Source of the DNA: an uncultured delta proteobacterium
GTDB lineage: Bacteria > Desulfobacterota > Binatia > Binatales > Binataceae
Length of the DNA stretch: 64,000 bases
Reading direction: 5' to 3'
NCBI GenBank assembly: GCA_963765675.1
Contig: CAVXXK010000001.1
Span: forward strand, 1,440,001-1,504,000
The notes beneath the pieces are model-generated. The model made no database searches, had not been told where the DNA came from, and worked only from the letters and a program-made list of their open reading frames with translations. Numbering within the stretch: position 1 is the stretch's first letter; every line of letters begins with the position of its first letter. Positions 57,621 through 64,000 of this stretch are shown piece after piece. A program made the position numbers and the translations under genes.

Positions 57621-59084
57621 ATGGCTGAAAAGCAGGACGACCGCAAAGTAACACCCCGCAGCCAGGATTTCGCGCAGTGGTACAACGATATCGTGCTGCG
57701 CGCCGAGCTGGCGGATTATTCGCCGGTGCGCGGATGCATCGTCTTCCGGCCCGACGGCTTCGCAATCTGGGAGGCGCTGCAGGCGGAGCTCGATCGCCGG
57801 ATCAAGAAGACCGGTGCGCGCAACGCGTACTTTCCGGTGCTGATACCGATGAGCTTCCTGCAGAAGGAGGCCAAGCACGTCGAAGGTTTCGCGCCCGAGG
57901 TCGCGGTCGTCACTCACGGCGGCGGCAAGGAGCTCGATGAGCCGCTGGTCGTGCGTCCAACTTCCGAAACGATCATCAATCACATGTTCGCGCAATGGAT
58001 ACATTCGCATCGCGACCTGCCGATGATGGTCAATCAGTGGTGCAACGTGCTGCGCTGGGAGATGCGGACGCGAATCTTTCTGCGCACCGCGGAGTTCCTG
58101 TGGCAGGAGGGGCACACCGCGCACGCGACCCGCGAAGAGGCTGAGCGCGAGACGCTCACGATGCTCGAGGTCTATCGCGCGTTCGTCGAGGAATATCTCG
58201 CGATCCCGCTCATCGTCGGGCGCAAGAGCGCTGCCGAACGGTTTCCTGGCGCGGAAGAGACCTACACGATCGAAGGTCTGATGGGCGACGGGCGTGCACT
58301 GCAATGCGGAACGTCGCACTTCCTCGGCCAGAATTTCTCCAAGGCGTTCGACATCAAGTTTCTCGACGATCAGAATCAGATGCAGCACGCGTGGCAGACG
58401 AGCTGGGGCGTTTCAACGCGTCTGCTCGGCGCGATCGTGATGGTCCATGGCGACGACCAGGGGCTCCGGCTCCCGCCTGCGGTCGCGGGCACGCAAGTCG
58501 TTATCGTGCCGATCTATCGCAAAGCGGAAGAGGGCGCGCAGGTGATGGCGTCGGCGCGCGCCATTTTGGAGTCGCTCGAAAACGCCGGCCTGCGCGCGCG
58601 CCTCGATTCGCGCGAGGGTTTAACGCCAGGCTTCAAATTCAACGATTGGGAAATGCGCGGCGTCCCGCTGCGGATCGAGATTGGCCCCCGCGATGTCGCG
58701 TCCGGAGAAGCGGTGCTGGCTCGGCGCGATCGCAAAGGTCCCGAGGCGAAATCCAAAGCTGCGATCCCGGAACTCGCGGCGCGCGCGCGGGAGATTCTCG
58801 ACGAGATTCAGAAGAGCTTCTTCGAGCAAGCGAAGGCCGCACTCGCATCGCAGATCCGCGAGTTCGACTCATACGCCGGTTTGGTGAAACAGATGGAAGG
58901 CGAGGGCGGCGGAGGATTCGCGACTGTCTATTGGTGCGGTAATCCCGCGTGTGAAACCAAAATTCGCGAAGAGACTAAAGCAACCTGCCGCGCGATTCCG
59001 CTAAATCAGAACTGCGCCGCCGGCAAATGTATAGTATGTGGAGAGCCAGCACCCGAACGTGCGTATTTCGCCAAGGCATATTAG
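57621..59084 (+). CDS. proS: Proline--tRNA ligase, archaeal/eukaryotic-like type without INS editing domain
   Basis: DFAQWY, HVEGFAPEV, VRPTSET, LRTAEFLWQEGH, GTSHFLGQNF, FAKAY. Confidence 0.97.
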   Translation: MAEKQDDRKVTPRSQDFAQWYNDIVLRAELADYSPVRGCIVFRPDGFAIWEALQAELDRRIKKTGARNAYFPVLIPMSFLQKEAKHVEGFAPEVAVVTHGGGKELDEPLVVRPTSETIINHMFAQWIHSHRDLPMMVNQWCNVLRWEMRTRIFLRTAEFLWQEGHTAHATREEAERETLTMLEVYRAFVEEYLAIPLIVGRKSAAERFPGAEETYTIEGLMGDGRALQCGTSHFLGQNFSKAFDIKFLDDQNQMQHAWQTSWGVSTRLLGAIVMVHGDDQGLRLPPAVAGTQVVIVPIYRKAEEGAQVMASARAILESLENAGLRARLDSREGLTPGFKFNDWEMRGVPLRIEIGPRDVASGEAVLARRDRKGPEAKSKAAIPELAARAREILDEIQKSFFEQAKAALASQIREFDSYAGLVKQMEGEGGGGFATVYWCGNPACETKIREETKATCRAIPLNQNCAAGKCIVCGEPAPERAYFAKAY

Positions 59085-59099
59085 CCACTTCGCCCGATG

Positions 59100-60098
59100 C
59101 TAGAGCTTGTACGATATCTTCATCGCGGCGCGCACTTCTTCCATCGTCTGCTGAGCGACCGCGCGGCCTTTACGCGTGCCTTCGACGATAATCTCACGCA
59201 CGCGCTCGGGCTTGGAGACATAGTCAGAGCGCCGCGCGCGAATTGGTTCCAGGAAGTTGTCTAGCGCCTTGAACAACTTCTCCTTCACTTCGACGTCGCC
59301 GACCGTCCCTTTCACGTACCGATCTTTCAGCTCATCGACCTCGGCCTTATCTGGATTGAATACGTCGTGGTAGATAAAAACCGGATTGCCTTCGACGTGG
59401 CCGGGATCGGTCGGATGAATCCGCGTCGGATCGGTATACATCGACATCACGCGCTTGCGTAGCTGCTCCTTCGAGTCGCCCAGATAAATACAGTTGCCGA
59501 GCGACTTGGACATTTTGGCTCCCCCGTCGGTGCCGGGCAGTCGCGCTACCTGGCCCACCATCGCGCGCGGTTCAACCAGGATTTTTTTGTACAGCCGGTT
59601 GAAGCGGCGCACGATCTCGCGCGTCTGCTCGATCATCGGCAACTGGTCTTCACCGACCGGCACCAGCTCGGCTTTGAAGATGGTTATGTCGGCGGCCTGC
59701 GAAATTGGGTAGGTGTAAAATCCGACCGGGAGCCCCTTGGTAAAATTCTTCTGCTTGATCTCTTCCTTCAATGTCGGATTACGTTCGAGCGTCGCCGTCG
59801 TCACCAGGTTCATGTAGTAAATAGTAAGCTCAGTCAGCTCTGGCACCATCGACTGCACGACTATCTTAACCTTTTCAGGATCGAGCCCGACGGCGAGGTA
59901 GTCAGTTGCGACCTCGAGAACGTTTGTCTCGAGCATCTCGGGTCGTTCGAAGTTGTCGGTCAGCGCCTGGATATCAGCGATTAGGACGAAGGTATCGTAT
60001 TCATTCTGCAACTTGACGCGATTTTGCAGCGAGCCGACATAGTGTCCGAGATGCAACGGCGCGGTCGGTCGGTCTCCAGTGAGTATTCGTTTGACCAT
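59100..60098 (-). CDS. trpS: Tryptophan--tRNA ligase
   Basis: [32 protein letters not shown]. Confidence 0.97.
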   Translation of the reverse strand: MVKRILTGDRPTAPLHLGHYVGSLQNRVKLQNEYDTFVLIADIQALTDNFERPEMLETNVLEVATDYLAVGLDPEKVKIVVQSMVPELTELTIYYMNLVTTATLERNPTLKEEIKQKNFTKGLPVGFYTYPISQAADITIFKAELVPVGEDQLPMIEQTREIVRRFNRLYKKILVEPRAMVGQVARLPGTDGGAKMSKSLGNCIYLGDSKEQLRKRVMSMYTDPTRIHPTDPGHVEGNPVFIYHDVFNPDKAEVDELKDRYVKGTVGDVEVKEKLFKALDNFLEPIRARRSDYVSKPERVREIIVEGTRKGRAVAQQTMEEVRAAMKISYKL

Positions 60099-60121
60099 TG
60101 ATACTGACTATAGACGAGTAG

Positions 60122-60994
60122 TTACTTGAGCAGCCCGCGCAGCGTAGCAAGATCGGCCGCGACATCCTTGCTTTCCTCGCCGGGTTCGGTTTCCAGGCAC
60201 ATAGGAATTCCGGCGAAACGCCCATCGTTTATGATTCGCCCGAACGCCTCGGTCCCGATGAATCCTTTGCCAATATGCTCGTGCCGATCGACGCGGGAAT
60301 GGAATGGCTTAAGCGAATCATTCAGATGAAACGCGGCCAGCCGCTTGAGCCCGATGTATTTGTCCAATTCCGCGAAGGTCTGCTCGAAGCCTTCGGTCGA
60401 GCGCAGGTCGTAGCCGGCCGCGAATGCGTGCTCGGTATCGAAGCATAGCCGTAGCCGATCGTTTTCCTTGACCGCGTCGAAGATCTGGCCCATCTGCGCA
60501 AGACTGTAGCCGAGCGTGCTGCCTTGCCCGGCGGTAATTTCGAGCGCGATTTTCACCGAGAAGCCTTTGCAGGCGGCGTGCGCCTCGTCGATCGATTTCG
60601 CGATCGTCTTGATCCCCGCGTCTTCGCCCGAGCCGACGTGCGCTCCCGGATGCGCTATCAGGAACGGCACGCCGAGCGCCTCGCAGCGTTCGAGCTCATC
60701 GATAAATCCTCCGACCGAGCGCTTGCGCAGCGGTTCGGCGGGTGCCCCGAGGTTCAGCAGGTAGGAATCATGCGCGATGACGGTCACGATTCCTGTCTCG
60801 CGCCAGTTGCGCTTGAACGCTGCGATTTCTTCTTCGCCGTAGGGTTTCGACGCCCATTGCCGCGACGACTTGGTGAAAATCTGGATCGCGTCGCATCCGA
60901 GCTCTTTGCCGCGGAGCAGGCTCTCTGAAACTCCGCCCGCGATCGATACGTGCGCGCCGAGCAGCGGGCGTTGGTGGTTCGCGGATTCCGTCAT
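60122..60994 (-). CDS. nfo: Endonuclease IV
   Basis: GAHVSIAGG, HDSYLLNL, LEITAGQG, CFDTEH, HLNDS, DRHEHIG. Confidence 0.96.
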   Translation of the reverse strand: MTESANHQRPLLGAHVSIAGGVSESLLRGKELGCDAIQIFTKSSRQWASKPYGEEEIAAFKRNWRETGIVTVIAHDSYLLNLGAPAEPLRKRSVGGFIDELERCEALGVPFLIAHPGAHVGSGEDAGIKTIAKSIDEAHAACKGFSVKIALEITAGQGSTLGYSLAQMGQIFDAVKENDRLRLCFDTEHAFAAGYDLRSTEGFEQTFAELDKYIGLKRLAAFHLNDSLKPFHSRVDRHEHIGKGFIGTEAFGRIINDGRFAGIPMCLETEPGEESKDVAADLATLRGLLK

Positions 60995-61092
60995 CGGCGG
61001 TATTCGCGCGGTGCATGGCCCCGCGCCCGTGCATCTTAGCGTGAACGCGTCGGCGATGTTATAGCCGCTGCACGCTTGCCGAGCATCCGCGA

Positions 61093-61518
61093 ATGCGGCT
61101 ATTCGTTAGCATCGTGCGACATCTTTTAATTGTGATTGCGATTTTTACGGCGCCGGCGCTCGCGAGCGGATGCCTCAAGGCCGCTACGTTGCCGCCGCAA
61201 GCGATCTATACCGAGGTCGAGCCTTCAGGCGCTGCTGCCAAGCCTCCCGACTGCAATATGCCAGTGCTGCGCCACGAGCCGCTTACCGAGTATCGCAAGG
61301 TCGGATTGGTCGAGGCGACCGGCAGCGTCTATGACTCCGAATCCGACGTGATGCCCGCGGTCAGGCGTAAGGCCTGCGAGAGCGGCGCCGACGCGATCGT
61401 CATCCTGACCAGCAAATCGCAAACCACTGAAGGACTGGTCGGCTACTATATCGACGCGGAAGCAATCGTGTACGGCGAGAATCCGAACATCCCGTCCGGC
61501 CCTTCGATTTCGCATTGA
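61093..61518 (+). CDS. Hypothetical lipoprotein (YbjQ-like fold possible)
   Basis: LASGC lipobox; YRKVGLV..KACESGADAIV. Confidence 0.7.
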   Translation: MRLFVSIVRHLLIVIAIFTAPALASGCLKAATLPPQAIYTEVEPSGAAAKPPDCNMPVLRHEPLTEYRKVGLVEATGSVYDSESDVMPAVRRKACESGADAIVILTSKSQTTEGLVGYYIDAEAIVYGENPNIPSGPSISH

Positions 61519-61577
61519 AGCTTTGCGGCGGGGCTGCGTTGCCGCGCGATCCGGCGCATGATAATTGCCAAAGCGCG

Positions 61578-62444
61578 GTGCCTAAACGCTCCATAAAATC
61601 CGTCGGCCTGGTGGTCAAGCGCGATCGGCCCGAGGCGGTCACGCTCGCAAAGAATCTTGCGCGTCATTTGCGGACGCGGCGCGTCGTCCCGATTTCGGAC
61701 GCGGAACTCGCGGCGCGGATTGGCGCCGAACCGGCCACACGAGGCGAACTGGCTGAGCGCGTCGATCTGATCGTCGTACTCGGTGGAGACGGCACCCTGC
61801 TCGGCGTGGCGCGTATGGCGTCGGCGCGCGAGACTCCGATCCTTGGCGTGAATCTGGGCGGGCTCGGTTTTTTGACCGAGGTGACGATCAACGAGGCCAA
61901 GGCCGCGCTCGACCGCGTGCTGGCTGGCGACTACGAGGTCGATCGCAGGATCACGCTCGACACCACGGTCGAGCGCCTCGAACGCGATTCGCGCCGTCTC
62001 GAACGCTTCGTCGCGGTCAACGATATCGTGCTCAATCGCGGACCGCTCGGCCGGATGCTCCAGCTCGAAGTGATCGCCGATCACAAACCGTTCTCTTCGT
62101 ACCGCGCTGACGGATTGATCATCGCGACGCCGACAGGCTCGACCGCATACGCGCTCAGTGCGGGCGGTCCCATCGTCTATCCGACTCTCGAGGTGGTGGT
62201 ATTGGCGCCGATCTGTCCGCATACACTGTCGCATCGCCCGGTCGTCCTGCCCGACACGTTCGAGATAGAAATCCGGGTGAAGGCGCCCGATCACGACGCG
62301 ACGCTGCTGGTCGACGGACAGGAGTCCTCGATCGTCGGCGCCGAGGATGCGATTCGCGTCCGCCGCGGCCGCTCCGCCGTCTCGTTGGTGCGTTCCGCGC
62401 ATCCGTATTTCGAAATCTGGCGCGACAAACTTCACTGGGGCTAA
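61578..62444 (+). CDS. nadK: NAD(+) kinase
   Basis: LGGDGTLL, GVNLGGLGFL, ADGLIIATPTGSTAYALSAGGP, KLHWG. Confidence 0.96.
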   Translation: MPKRSIKSVGLVVKRDRPEAVTLAKNLARHLRTRRVVPISDAELAARIGAEPATRGELAERVDLIVVLGGDGTLLGVARMASARETPILGVNLGGLGFLTEVTINEAKAALDRVLAGDYEVDRRITLDTTVERLERDSRRLERFVAVNDIVLNRGPLGRMLQLEVIADHKPFSSYRADGLIIATPTGSTAYALSAGGPIVYPTLEVVVLAPICPHTLSHRPVVLPDTFEIEIRVKAPDHDATLLVDGQESSIVGAEDAIRVRRGRSAVSLVRSAHPYFEIWRDKLHWG

Positions 62445-62453
62445 CGGCCCGCG

Positions 62454-64000
62454 ATGCTGGCTCTACTCCGCATCCGCAATTTCGCGATCATCGAAGAAGC
62501 CGCGCTCGAATTCGGCGCGGGCCTGAACGTGCTCTCCGGCGAAACCGGCGCCGGCAAGACGATCATCCTGACCGCGCTCGGCTTGCTGCTCGGCGAGCGC
62601 GCCTCGCCGGACATGATTCGCGCCGGCGAGAAAGAAGCGGTCGTCGAGGCACTGTTTGAAATCGAAGGCGAAGTCCCCGGCCTCGACACGGTCGAAACCG
62701 GCAAGCGCGAGCTGCTGATTCGCCGCGTGATTGCCGAAGGCGGACGCTCGCGAGTCACGATCGGCGGCGAGCTCGCCACTGTTCAAAGCCTCGCACGAAT
62801 CGGCGCTGCGCTTGTGCAGGTGTACGGACAGCACGAACAGCAGTCGTTGTTGCGCGCGGAGAGTCATCGCGAAATTCTCGATCGTTACGCGCGCCTCGAT
62901 GGCGAACTCATCGCTTATCGCGCGGCATTCGACAAGACTCGCGAGCTTGAAACCTGCCTCGCCGACCTTGGCCGCCGCGAACGCGAGCGCGCGGATCTGC
63001 TCGAGCTCGCGCGCTTCCGGCTGACCGAACTCGATCGCGCCGCGCTGTCTCCGGGCGAGGATCAGGCGCTCGCCGCGGAGCGTGTCGTGCTTGCCAACGC
63101 CTCGCGCCTCGCCGCCGCCGCATCCGAAGTGGAAGCGTCGCTCTACGGCGCGGAGGGCGCTGCGGTCGACGCGGTAGCCGCCGCCGAGACGCGCCTCGTC
63201 GAAGCGGTAGCACTCGACGCCAAGCTCGGCGAGCCGCTCGAGATGATCAAGACCGCTCGCGCGAATCTCGAGGAGGCGGCTCGCGCGTTGTCCGCCTATG
63301 CGGGCAGAATCGAGGCCGATCCCGCGCGTCTGGAAGAGATCGACAATCGGCTCCAGGAGCTTGCGCGGCTAAAGCGAAAATATGGCGGCTCGATCGACAG
63401 CGCGCTCGAGACACTCGCCCGCGCGCGTGGCGAAATCGCCGAGCTCGAGAATGTCGCCGAATCAAAAGCCGGCGCCGAGCGTGCTTTCGCCCTCGCACTG
63501 GACGATTTGGCCGCGCGCGCGAAGCAGCTCAGCGCGCGTCGCGCCGCAGCCGCCGCGGATCTCAAGCGCAAGATGGAAACCGAGCTCAAGTCGCTCGGGA
63601 TGCGCTCGCCCGGATTCGAGCCGCGCCTTGCGCCGCTCGGCGCCGACGAAGCCGCGTTCACTCATCAGGGCGCGCGCCTTGGCGCGGCCGGTTCCGACGC
63701 GGTCGAGTTTCATATAGCGCCCAATCTCGGGCAGCCGCCGATGCCGCTTGCGAAAATCGCCTCGGGCGGAGAGCTCTCGCGCGTGATGCTCGCGCTGAAG
63801 AGGCTCGAAGCGCAGCAGCGCGGTGTCGCGACCATGATCTTCGACGAGGTGGACGCCGGAATCGGCGGTGAAGTCGCGACCGTGGTCGGGCGCAAGCTCG
63901 GCCAGCTCGCGCGCTATCATCAGATTTTGTGCGTCACCCATCTGGCGCAAATTGCGGCTTTCGCCGAAACCCATTTCCACGTCGAGAAAGAGGAGCGCCG
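62454..64000 (+). CDS. recN: DNA repair protein RecN (3' truncated by window edge)
   Basis: IRNFAII, SGETGAGKT, GQHEQQ, IASGGELSR, IFDEVDAGIGG, QILCVTHLAQIA; follows nadK. Confidence 0.96.
   Translation, partial: MLALLRIRNFAIIEEAALEFGAGLNVLSGETGAGKTIILTALGLLLGERASPDMIRAGEKEAVVEALFEIEGEVPGLDTVETGKRELLIRRVIAEGGRSRVTIGGELATVQSLARIGAALVQVYGQHEQQSLLRAESHREILDRYARLDGELIAYRAAFDKTRELETCLADLGRRERERADLLELARFRLTELDRAALSPGEDQALAAERVVLANASRLAAAASEVEASLYGAEGAAVDAVAAAETRLVEAVALDAKLGEPLEMIKTARANLEEAARALSAYAGRIEADPARLEEIDNRLQELARLKRKYGGSIDSALETLARARGEIAELENVAESKAGAERAFALALDDLAARAKQLSARRAAAAADLKRKMETELKSLGMRSPGFEPRLAPLGADEAAFTHQGARLGAAGSDAVEFHIAPNLGQPPMPLAKIASGGELSRVMLALKRLEAQQRGVATMIFDEVDAGIGGEVATVVGRKLGQLARYHQILCVTHLAQIAAFAETHFHVEKEER

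Noticed and set aside
53508-58388. N-terminal extensions of listed ORFs 51906..53879, 53504..54808, 55246..55632 and 56799..58388
   Set aside because: They overlap neighbouring genes; downstream starts at ATGA overlaps or signal peptides fit better, so these are not fusions

Overview
A high-GC, gene-dense bacterial chromosome segment. The gene content (F420-dependent LLM enzyme, large NHL-repeat/Pro-Thr-linker/Ig-like surface protein, tol-pal cluster) suggests a diderm soil bacterium such as Candidatus Binataceae; this is inference only. Core blocks: hemD-hemE fusion/hemH/hemY/dinB, tolQRAB-pal-cpoB-ribF, gap-pgk-tpiA-secG-tRNA-Leu(GAG), sppA, fur, a Dpp-type ABC cluster, proS, trpS, nfo and nadK-recN (runs off the end). 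Most notable observations: (1) an AT-richer two-gene module just 3' of tRNA-Leu, encoding a 65-aa protein and an ADP-ribosyltransferase-fold protein (YHG / WLGxGxYFW / HxQ motifs), a candidate undescribed toxin-antitoxin or antiphage pair; (2) a ~4.4 kb integrase-free cargo island bounded by a duplicated 3' end of a GNAT gene (copies differ only synonymously) plus the start of a palindromic repeat, containing an IS1380 remnant and gene fragments; (3) a sigma54-preceded circularly permuted ATP-grasp/alpha-E/transglutaminase operon; (4) a TTCGC-N6-TTCGC operator-like repeat in the promoter of a DNA-repair radical SAM gene; (5) two families of REP-like palindromes; (6) four single-base frameshifts in otherwise intact genes, probably assembly errors. 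No CRISPR array, rRNA or intact transposase/integrase was seen. All assignments come from motif recognition by eye, not database searches.
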